Shown here: in pieces, positions 40,053 to 48,021 of the stretch | Numbering within the stretch: position 1 is the stretch's first letter | How the letters are laid out: every line of letters begins with the position of its first letter | Program-made: the position numbers and the translations under genes | From: an uncultured Thermoleophilia bacterium | Lineage (GTDB): Bacteria > Actinomycetota > Thermoleophilia > Gaiellales > Gaiellaceae | Reading direction: 5' to 3' | Assembly: GCA_963784965.1 (NCBI GenBank) | Contig: CAWATJ010000003.1 | Location: 25,733 to 89,732 of the forward strand | DNA: 64,000 bases | The notes under the pieces: model-generated | What the model was told of the DNA's origin: nothing | The model's input: the letters and a program-made list of their open reading frames with translations, nothing else | Databases searched by the model: none

Positions 40053-40133
40053 GCGCGAAGCGCCGCCAACGCGGCCGCGCGGCAGCTCGGCGAGTTGCGT
40101 CCGACCGCGGTCATCCGACCGCAGACTCGAGAC

Positions 40134-41439
40134 TCAGGCAGCATCGGCGTTCTCGAGCAGCCCGTGCCCACAGAGAGCCTCGGCCGCGTCTCGGATCGCC
40201 CCGTAGGGCAGACCCGACCGGTCCGAGATGTCGAGCAGCGAATGATTCCCGTCCGACTGGTTGAGCGTCCACAACAACGCTGCCTCGGCATTCGATCCGC
40301 CGGCGACACTGCGGTAGAGCCCGCGCTTCCCGAGCTGGGGCTCGCCTTTCGGGTTGAGGTTGCGGAATCGGGTATTCGACTCGAGGACGTCGACGATCTC
40401 GAGGAGGCGCATGAACGAGTCGGCGAGAGCCTCTGGCCGGACGAGGTCGAGATTGTCGGCAGAGCTGTGGTAGCCCGCGAACCTGTCGGCGGGCGAGCGC
40501 GTCAGCGCACCGACGGGCAGGTCGAATCCGGGCGAGGAGAACTGGCGCTCGTCGCCGCCCAGGGGTGAGAACGGGAGATCTGACCCGCCCGACGCACGAA
40601 CCACGTTGGCCGCCGCCTGGTCGATCTCCGCGTCCCCGTGACGGCTTCGCTTGTAGGTGAGCGCAGCCCCGTCGCCGAGACACGCGAGAGCGAGCCCGTG
40701 GCGGATGCGCCCGACGTTCGATTCGTTCTTCCACAGCCACGAAAGGGGACCGATCGTCCCGGGCCCGAGGAGGAAACGGTACGAGTAACGGAGACGACAT
40801 CCGGCCAAGATACTTCGCGAGCCCGGCCGTCAGGACCACGCCGGACAGGTTGTCGTTGCAGAGCGACGGATGACAGACGTAGGTCGAGAAGAGCACCTCG
40901 GCGTCGAGCTCGCCCGGCAGGAGAGCCTCCGCGTAGGTCACATGACCATCGGCGAGCGACGAGTCTATGACGACCTCGTACTCGCCCTCCTGCAGCTCGT
41001 CCAGCTGGCGACGGCTGAGGCAGAAGCCCCAATTCTCGTCGTGATACGAGGTACGGAACGGGATCCAGTCCGGGTTCTCGGGGTGGGTGTGGAGGTGGGC
41101 GCGAAGCTCGGCGAGGGGCATCGTGGTACGGATCGGGACGCTGTACCCGAGTACGTGCAGGTTCGAGCGGCGGAAGTCGATGACGCGCTCGCCGGTTGCG
41201 TTCGCGACCCATGCATCGCGGATGTTCCACTCACGCGGCAACACCCAGTCGAACACCTGGGTACCGCTCGCGATCTCTGTGATCTCGAGCGGTACCTCCC
41301 GCCCGAGGATCGCGAACGTCTCGCGGACGCCGTCTCCGGTAAGGCTCCTGCAGATCGGGTAGAGCTCGCCCATGAGGCCGTGCAGCTCGGCGCCGAGCGC
41401 GTCCTCGTCCGGCAGAGCGCCCCAGTCGATTCCTGCCAC
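40134..41439 (-). pseudogene. DUF4910 (aminopeptidase-like + winged-helix) protein, frameshifted near 40800-40815
   Basis: The N-terminal half ('...CNDNLSGVVLTAGLAKYL') is in the frame of track ORF 40111..41439. The C-terminal half ('RLRYSYRFLLGPGTIG...DERQFSSPGFDLPV...EPQLGKRGLY') is in the frame of ORF 40134..40808. Confidence 0.8.
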
Positions 41440-41453
41440 GCTCGAGCCTCCGG

Positions 41454-42743
41454 CTACGCGAGGACTGTGGTGGTCGGGATCGGAACGACGAACCGGCAGC
41501 CGAACGTTCGTACGTGCGCCATCTGCTCGACGATCTCGTCCTTCAGGTTCCAGGGAAGGATCAAGAGGTAGTCGGGCCGAGTGCGCTCCACCTCGCTCGG
41601 ATCGTGGACGGCCAGATGGGTCCCGGGGAGAAAGCGGCCTTGCTTGTGCGGGCTACGGTCGACGACGTAGTCGATCAGGTCTCCTTTGACGCCGCAGTAG
41701 TTGAGGAGCGTGTTGCCCTTGGCGGCCGCACCGTACCCGACGACCGACCTGCCTTCTCGCTTTGCACGAACGAGGAACTCGAGCAGGTCGAGCTTTATCC
41801 GTCCCACGCCTTCTCCGAAGGCGGTGTAGGTGTCGATCTGTTCGATCCCTGCAACCCGTTCTCGCTCACGCAGCTCGATCACCCGATCGCCGACCGGCTG
41901 CGAGGCATCGTGCGCGTGCCCGACGTAGAGTCGGAGCGAGCCGCCGTGCGTCCCGAGCTCCTCGACGTCGAACACCTTCAGGCCGGCTGCGGCGAACGGC
42001 CGCTCGACCGCGATCAGCGAGAAGTAGGAGAAGTGCTCATGGTAGATCGTGTCGAACTCGATCTTCTCGATCAGCGGCAGCAGATGGGGAAATTCCATCG
42101 TGATGACGCCGCCCGGCCGCAGAAGCGTCCCGAGCCCGGCCACGAACCCGTTCAAGTCCGGCACATGCGCGAGCACGTTGTTGCCGATCAGGAGGTCGGC
42201 GCCTTCACCCTCGGCTTTCAGCCGCCGAGCCAGGTCGAGGCCGAAGAACTCGACGAGCGTCGGGATGCCCGCTTCCTGGGCGGCGGCCGCGACGTTGGCG
42301 GCCGGCTCGATCCCGAGCACGGGAACGCCGCGCTCGACGAAGGAGCGCAGGAGGTAGCCGTCGTTACTCGCGATCTCGATCACCTTGCTCGTCGCGTCGA
42401 ACCCGAAGCGATCGATCATCTGGCCGACGTACTGACGGGCGTGCTCCACCCAGCTGTCGGAGAACGAGGAGAAGTACGCGTAGTCGCCGAAGATCTCCTC
42501 CGGCGCCACGGCGCGCGGCAACTGGACGAGGAAGCAGCTCGCGCAGACGAAGACTCGCAGCGGATAGAACCGCTCGGGCTGGTCGAGCTGCTCGGAGGTG
42601 AGGTATGCGTTTGCGAGCGGCGATCCCCCGAGATCCACGAATGTGACGGAGAGCGGCGCGCCACACGACCGACAATAGTGCGAAGTCTCGGCCGATCCGA
42701 TGACCTCGCTCGTCTGGGGGTCGAGCGAGTAGTTCCCGATCAT
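41454..42743 (-). CDS. NDP-hexose C-methyltransferase-like class I SAM methyltransferase (Methyltransf_13/14 architecture)
   Basis: Trimmed to ATG 42743 (429 aa); N-terminal Cys4 'CRSCG...CASC', SAM core 'VIEIASNDGYLL', C-terminal 'VVGYGAAAKGNTLLNYCG'. Confidence 0.85.
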   Translation of the reverse strand: MIGNYSLDPQTSEVIGSAETSHYCRSCGAPLSVTFVDLGGSPLANAYLTSEQLDQPERFYPLRVFVCASCFLVQLPRAVAPEEIFGDYAYFSSFSDSWVEHARQYVGQMIDRFGFDATSKVIEIASNDGYLLRSFVERGVPVLGIEPAANVAAAAQEAGIPTLVEFFGLDLARRLKAEGEGADLLIGNNVLAHVPDLNGFVAGLGTLLRPGGVITMEFPHLLPLIEKIEFDTIYHEHFSYFSLIAVERPFAAAGLKVFDVEELGTHGGSLRLYVGHAHDASQPVGDRVIELRERERVAGIEQIDTYTAFGEGVGRIKLDLLEFLVRAKREGRSVVGYGAAAKGNTLLNYCGVKGDLIDYVVDRSPHKQGRFLPGTHLAVHDPSEVERTRPDYLLILPWNLKDEIVEQMAHVRTFGCRFVVPIPTTTVLA

Positions 42744-43798
42744 CGTGTCCACCGAAGCTGGTCGTCGACAAGTCCACGCTCGCGCAGGTCCTGCAGGACG
42801 ACGAGCCTCATCAGGCTCGATGACCGGAACTCGGGGTCGGAGAAGCCCATCCGTTCGAGACCGTCCCGGAGGTCTTCGACGGCTGCGTGCAGGCTCACCT
42901 CGGGCTGGTAGGCCGGCGCAAGCGACTGGAAGCGCTCGAAGCTCACGCGGTACGAGCGCTTGTCGGGACCGCTCGTGGACGCAAGCGAGACGTCGACGCC
43001 GGGGATGACCTCGGCCACGGCCGCGGCGAGGTCCTTGATGCGGTAGTTCCACTCGTCCGAGCCGGCGTTGACGACCACGTACGGGCTCGTGCCATCCCGC
43101 TGGACAGCCCAGTCGATCGCGCGCGCCATGTCGCGGACGTGGATCAGCGGCCGCCATGGCGTGCCGTCGCTGAGGATGGTGATCGTGTGGGTCGCGATTG
43201 CGGATGCAACGAAGTCGTTCAGGACGAGATCGAGGCGTAGGCGATCGCTCATCCCGCACGCCGTCGCAAAGCGAAGGCACGTGACAGTGAAGTCATCGTC
43301 CGCCAGCTCGGTGAGACCGTCCTCGGTCAGGCACTTGGAGCGCGCATACGGTGTCAGGGGGTTGGTGGACGATTTCTCGGTCGCAACGTCGTCGCCGCTG
43401 ACGCCGTAGACGCTGCAACTCGATGCGAACACGAACGAGCGAACGCCCGCGGCCTTCGCCAGTTCGGCGAGCCGGATCGATGCGCGTCCGTTGATGTCGA
43501 TCGTGACCTCGTCGTACATGTTGCCGATCGGGTCGTTCGAGACAGCTGCGAGATGAACCACGGAGTCCACACCTTCGAGCAGGGCAGGGTCGGCCGTCCG
43601 GACGTCGCAATAGTGCTGGGCATCGAGGGGATGTTCCGGCAACGCCGTGCACCCGGTGAGGCAGTGGGCGAAGAGACCGGCGTCGAGGCCGAGGAGTCTG
43701 GCGTCCGGATAGGACGCGTGGAGTCGGCCCACCACCGATGGTCCGACGTAACCCAGGTTGCCGGTCACCAGAATTTTCGCCGGATAGGCCACGCTCAC
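42740..43798 (-). CDS. NAD-dependent epimerase/dehydratase (extended SDR)
   Basis: GTG 43798 (GTGA overlap with rfbF stop); 'ILVTGNLGYVG', 'YARSK' catalytic dyad. Confidence 0.85.
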   Translation of the reverse strand: MSVAYPAKILVTGNLGYVGPSVVGRLHASYPDARLLGLDAGLFAHCLTGCTALPEHPLDAQHYCDVRTADPALLEGVDSVVHLAAVSNDPIGNMYDEVTIDINGRASIRLAELAKAAGVRSFVFASSCSVYGVSGDDVATEKSSTNPLTPYARSKCLTEDGLTELADDDFTVTCLRFATACGMSDRLRLDLVLNDFVASAIATHTITILSDGTPWRPLIHVRDMARAIDWAVQRDGTSPYVVVNAGSDEWNYRIKDLAAAVAEVIPGVDVSLASTSGPDKRSYRVSFERFQSLAPAYQPEVSLHAAVEDLRDGLERMGFSDPEFRSSSLMRLVVLQDLRERGLVDDQLRWTR

Positions 43799-44571
43799 CA
43801 CACCTTCCACGGCGGGCTGCCGGATTCCCAATCCGCCTCGAGCACCATCTTGTCGCGGATCGTGTCCATGCTCTGCCAGTAGCCTCGGTGACGAAAGGCG
43901 ACCAGGGCGCCCTCCTGTGCCAACCGCTCGAGCGGTCCGGCTTCGAACGACGTGGAGTCGTTCTCGATGTACTCGATCACACTGGGCTCCAGAACGAAGA
44001 ACCCACCGTTGACCCATCCCCCGTCCCCGTCCGGCTTCTCCTTGAAGTGCGTGATCGTCGTCTCCTCCTGGCCTAGGGCGAGCGCTCCGAACCGACCGGG
44101 TGGCTGAACGGCGGTCAACGTCGCCAGCACGCCCTGTTCACGATGGAACGCGATCAACCCGGCGATATCGACGTCGCCGACACAATCGCCGTAGGTGCAG
44201 CAGAAGGTCTCATCGCCGATGTACTCGGCGACTCGCTTGAGGCGCCCGCCGGTCATGGTGGACTCACCCGTGTCGATCAACGACACCGTCCACGGCTCAT
44301 CTCCGTTGTTGCGAAGCGTCTCCATCGAGTGCGACCGAAGATCGAAACGAACGTCAGAGTTGTTCAGGTAATACCCTGCAAAGAACTCCTTGATCATTTC
44401 ACCCTTGTACCCGCAGCAGATGACGAAGTCGTTGATGCCGTGGGCGGAGTAGATCTTCATGATGTGCCAGAGGATCGGTCGCCCGCCGATCTCGACAAGT
44501 GGCTTGGGACGCACACCGCTTTCCTCGGAGATGCGGGTTCCGAAGCCGCCGGCGAAAATGACGGCTTTCAC
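43795..44571 (-). CDS. rfbF: Glucose-1-phosphate cytidylyltransferase
   Basis: 258 aa; 'MKAVIFAGGFGTRISEES...KPLVEIGGRPILWHIMKIY' is highly characteristic. Confidence 0.9.
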   Translation of the reverse strand: MKAVIFAGGFGTRISEESGVRPKPLVEIGGRPILWHIMKIYSAHGINDFVICCGYKGEMIKEFFAGYYLNNSDVRFDLRSHSMETLRNNGDEPWTVSLIDTGESTMTGGRLKRVAEYIGDETFCCTYGDCVGDVDIAGLIAFHREQGVLATLTAVQPPGRFGALALGQEETTITHFKEKPDGDGGWVNGGFFVLEPSVIEYIENDSTSFEAGPLERLAQEGALVAFRHRGYWQSMDTIRDKMVLEADWESGSPPWKVW

Positions 44572-44605
44572 GTCGTGGTTCCTTGGCGGCGAATGATCTC
44601 GAGTG

Positions 44606-45097
44606 TCATTGGTGCTTGACGGACCAGTCGTAGGGAATGGTGTCGGCGAATGGGTCGAGGCGTGACGTTCGAGAGGGATCGTGAGTATGCGTGCAGCAAT
44701 TCGCGACGATCGCGAAGGGATCGCTCATGCCCTTGAACCCACTCCAGACACCCGGGGGTATGACGACGAGGGCGTGGTTGTCCGGGCCGAGGAAGACCTC
44801 GCGAAGCACTCCATTCGTCGGAGACTCTTCGCGGTCGTCGTAGAGCACCACCTTCGTGCGACCGAAGATGCAGGCGTAGTTCAACGTCATTTCCGAGTGC
44901 TTATGCCAACCCTTGATCACATCACGGTAGATCGTCGTGAAGTAAATCTCTCCGAATGTCTCGAAGTGATCATCGTCGTTTCTCAACATATGAAAGATCG
45001 TGCCACGCTCGTCTGGTATACGGCGTAGCGGAACAATGAGTGTGCCGGATATTTCCTTGGTGTCGCTCGCCACGCGCGCGTCTTCCCTCTCTTCCAT
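44606..45097 (-). CDS. RmlC-like cupin sugar epimerase/isomerase (dTDP-4-dehydrorhamnose 3,5-epimerase family)
   Basis: 163 aa; 'DERGTIFHM...GWHKH' pattern; the segment is clearly AT-richer than its neighbours. Confidence 0.75.
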   Translation of the reverse strand: MEEREDARVASDTKEISGTLIVPLRRIPDERGTIFHMLRNDDDHFETFGEIYFTTIYRDVIKGWHKHSEMTLNYACIFGRTKVVLYDDREESPTNGVLREVFLGPDNHALVVIPPGVWSGFKGMSDPFAIVANCCTHTHDPSRTSRLDPFADTIPYDWSVKHQ

Positions 45098-45614
45098 CGA
45101 TCGCTCTCACATTGCTCTTGTCGACTCAGATGTGCGTTGCAAAACATTCCTGGATCATCTTCTACCGCACTCGAAATCTCGCCGCAGTCGCAAGAGCGCC
45201 ACTCGAGGCCCCACTCGCAGTATATGAGGGCGGGGGACGTTGTCGACCCGTACCGCATCTACCCCGTGTTGACGCCGTAGCGGGCTCGGCCGACGCGCGA
45301 CGCCGTCTCTGACAGCAGGCAACAGCTGCCTCCCCCGACTTCTCGAGCGAGTCTCGACGAGGACGACGCGCATCGCCCGCCACCGCCGCGCCGAACGAGC
45401 TCGGGTTCGACCCAGGCCCGAACTGTTGCCGATCAGGGGAACGTCATCGACCTCACGGACAGCGCAAGACCGCTTCCTTTAGTCGCAGCTTCGAGAACCA
45501 GGCTCCAGGCGACCGTACAGCCGGTTACCAACCGGGGGATGCGCCATCCCTCGAACGAGTGAAGATTTACACAAGAACCGTCGAAAAGTCCCCCACTAGG
45601 GGTATAGTGCGGTT

Positions 45615-46079
45615 ATGACCAAGCGAATCTCAGTGGCTCTCGTGGCCTCCGTCGTCGTCGTGATCGTGGGTGCTCCGATCGCGGGCGCGAATCCAGTCAG
45701 TACGCAGTACGACGAGCCGTCTGTGACGCAGCCGCCTGTCACCGAGTCTGTCACGCCGCCGCCTGTCACCGAGGCTGTCACGCAGCCGCCTGTCACGCCG
45801 CCCGTCACCGAGGCTGTCACACCGCCCGTGACCGAGGCTGTCACACCGCCCGTGACCGAGGCTGTCACACCGCCCGTGACCAAGGCAACGGCCGCTTCGA
45901 ATACGGTGAACACGAGCAACCCGACCACCGCACCCGCAGAGGTGACCACGGTGGCCTCGGGCGGCGGTCTCCCGTACACGGGCCTCGACCTCGGCGTCTT
46001 CCTGATGATCGGCGGCGTCGCCGTTGCGTCAGGTCTTGGACTTCGCCGAGTCGCCGCGCGGCGCTCGCTCGACCGCTAG
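45615..46079 (+). CDS. Thr/Pro-repeat surface protein with LPXTG-type (LPYTG) sorting signal
   Basis: 154 aa; signal peptide, repeats 'PPVTEAVT', then 'LPYTG' + hydrophobic segment + 'RRVAARRSLDR' tail. Confidence 0.8.
   Translation: MTKRISVALVASVVVVIVGAPIAGANPVSTQYDEPSVTQPPVTESVTPPPVTEAVTQPPVTPPVTEAVTPPVTEAVTPPVTEAVTPPVTKATAASNTVNTSNPTTAPAEVTTVASGGGLPYTGLDLGVFLMIGGVAVASGLGLRRVAARRSLDR
45722..45881 (+). repeat. In-frame tandem repeat (24-nt unit) inside the LPYTG gene
   Basis: Three perfect units 'ACCGAGGCTGTCACACCGCCCGTG' at 45807-45830, 45831-45854 and 45855-45878, preceded by degenerate units from ~45722. Confidence 0.9.
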
Positions 46080-46089
46080 ATACGACTTT

Positions 46090-46143
46090 CGACCACGAGC
46101 CCTTCGGCACGGCGCCAGGCCGGCCCAAAGGGGCTCGTGGTCG
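46090..46143 (+). terminator. Stem-loop downstream of the LPYTG gene
   Basis: Perfect 13-bp arms CGACCACGAGCCC / GGGCTCGTGGTCG separated by a 28-nt loop, 11 nt after the stop; no T-tract. Confidence 0.4.
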
Positions 46144-46478
46144 ACCGCTTCCCGGTCGATCCCGTGGTGAACCGTCCAACTCGTGGTGATGCGGCATCGC
46201 GCTGAGCGGCCCGGTCGACCGGGTTCGTCCAGGTGATCCGGTCGAACTGGACGCGACGATGCCTTTGACCCGCCGAAGTGCCGCCTCTCACAGCCGGTCG
46301 CGCAGATCACTCACCACGGCTAACGGCCCCGCGAGACGCCGGCGATCAGCGCGCAGGCACGAGACGCCGAACTGGCCGGGACCCGTTAGGCCTGGTCCGG
46401 GGTATTTCCGTCGTCCACGTGTGACCGGGCCGGCGAGAACAGCTCGTCCACTTTCCTCGCGCTGCCCAACCCCGATGG

Positions 46479-47141
46479 CTACGGCGCGACGGAGACCTTC
46501 CGGGCGAAGAACGCCTCTGCAAAGCGCTCCGGTGCGTTCGCCTCCATTCCGCGAAGCCGCATCAGGCCCCGGAACGTGTCCTCGTCGAACCAGTGCTTTT
46601 CCACCTGGCTCGGAAAATGCCGGTGGAGTAGGTCGACCTTCTCGGACGCAACCGATTCGGTCAGCGGGACGAACACGTTCGGGCGGCCGAGGTCACCATC
46701 GGTCTTTGGCACCTCGTATTCGAGCACGAGATGGTTGCGGAAGGTGTTCCACGTGAGCTCGCAGGCAAGTCGGTGGTCCTGGTGGAAGTCGTCGCGGGTA
46801 TGGGTGAGGACGAGTTGCGGGTCGATCGTGCTCTTCAACTCCTCGAAGACGTCCTTGACCGCCCCGCCCACGTATGGGAGGTATCCATCCTGAAGCCCGT
46901 GGATCCGAACGTCCGCGGCACCCGCCGCACGCAGGAACGCATCCGCGCTCGTCCGCGCCTCGAGCTCGCGCTCCTTCGAGGCGGCGGCGAGCACCACCCA
47001 GGTCACCTCGAGGTCCGGCAGCGCCCGCGTGAGGGTGAGGATCGTCCCGCCACACCCGATCTCGACGTCGTCCGGGTGGCACCCGATGACGAGCAGAGAT
47101 CGAAGCGGCTCTCGGCCCGCCGTCAGCGAGAGCGTGAGCAT
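46479..47141 (-). CDS. PIG-L/LmbE-family N-acetylglucosaminyl deacetylase
   Basis: 220 aa; 'GCHPDDVEIGCGG', 'HQDH' metal motifs. Confidence 0.85.
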   Translation of the reverse strand: MLTLSLTAGREPLRSLLVIGCHPDDVEIGCGGTILTLTRALPDLEVTWVVLAAASKERELEARTSADAFLRAAGAADVRIHGLQDGYLPYVGGAVKDVFEELKSTIDPQLVLTHTRDDFHQDHRLACELTWNTFRNHLVLEYEVPKTDGDLGRPNVFVPLTESVASEKVDLLHRHFPSQVEKHWFDEDTFRGLMRLRGMEANAPERFAEAFFARKVSVAP

Positions 47142-47953
47142 CAGGCGGCGAACGGTCGTTCTTGGCGGCGCCCGTCCATGTGCGCCTGCCAGGGCGCGCG
47201 TCCGCTCGCAAGAAGCTCCTCGAGCCGCTGACGATCCTTGATCGTGTCCATCGGCCCGTAGAAGCCGTCGTACTCGTACGCACAGATCTCGCCTTTGGGT
47301 ATCAATCGCCCGAAGGTCTCCTCGACGAGCTCGTCCCCGGGCTCGATCCAGTCGAGAATCTCGCGTTTGAGAGCAAAAAAGCCTCCGTTGATCCTGACCT
47401 CGGAGCCGCCCATTTCCTGGATCCCGGTCACCGTGCCCTCGTTGTCCGCGGCAATGAGGTGCGCGGTGAACTGCGGGGTGACCGACAGGAATATCGCCAT
47501 CTTGTCGACCTCGCGGAACCTACTGATCACATCGGGAAGCGGCACGTCGGTGAGCCCGTCTCCATACGTCGCGAGGAACATCTCGTCGTCGCCGAGATAG
47601 CACTCCACGGCCTTGAGGCGCTCGGCGATCGTGGAGTTGATTCCGGTGTCGGCAAACGTGATCCGCCAGTCGGCGGTCTCACGGGTAAGCACCTCGACGT
47701 GTGCGCCGCGACCGTTGCCCTCGAGGACGAAGTCGTTGGTCAGGGCCTCGTCGTGGTTGAGGAAGTACTCCTTGACCACCTGCGACCGGTACCCGAGGCA
47801 GAGGATGAACTCCTTGTGCCCCCAGGAGGCGTAGTACCTCATGATGTGCCACAGCATCGGCCGGTCGCCGATCCGGAGCATCGGCTTGGGAATTCGCTGT
47901 GTCTCCTCGCCCATGCGGACACCGAACCCTCCGCAGAAGATCACGACCTTCAT
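47141..47953 (-). CDS. Glucose-1-phosphate cytidylyltransferase paralog
   Basis: 270 aa; 'MKVVIFCGGFGVRMGEET...KPMLRIGDRPMLWHIMRYY'; parallels 43795..44571 along its full length. Confidence 0.85.
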   Translation of the reverse strand: MKVVIFCGGFGVRMGEETQRIPKPMLRIGDRPMLWHIMRYYASWGHKEFILCLGYRSQVVKEYFLNHDEALTNDFVLEGNGRGAHVEVLTRETADWRITFADTGINSTIAERLKAVECYLGDDEMFLATYGDGLTDVPLPDVISRFREVDKMAIFLSVTPQFTAHLIAADNEGTVTGIQEMGGSEVRINGGFFALKREILDWIEPGDELVEETFGRLIPKGEICAYEYDGFYGPMDTIKDRQRLEELLASGRAPWQAHMDGRRQERPFAA

Positions 47954-48021
47954 CGGGCGCCTGCCTCTGCACCCAACGCGAGGGTTGAGCTCTCGAATTC
48001 GATCTTCAGGGCTTGCACCGT

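Noticed and set aside
44983-45258. Cys-containing 91-aa minus-strand ORF upstream of, and overlapping, the RmlC-like gene.
   Set aside because: It overlaps the cupin gene start by more than 100 nt, has no SD sequence or recognisable family, and lies in AT-rich DNA where random ORFs are easy to find.
45722-45881. The 24-nt tandem repeat as a non-coding VNTR or mini-CRISPR.
   Set aside because: It is in frame inside a well-formed signal-peptide/LPYTG ORF and encodes the PPVTEAVT repeats.
46029-46310. Minus-strand ORFs 46029..46310 and 46076..46291 in the convergent gap.
   Set aside because: They overlap each other and the end of the LPYTG gene, their translations are Arg-rich, and neither has a start context. 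They are not credible genes.
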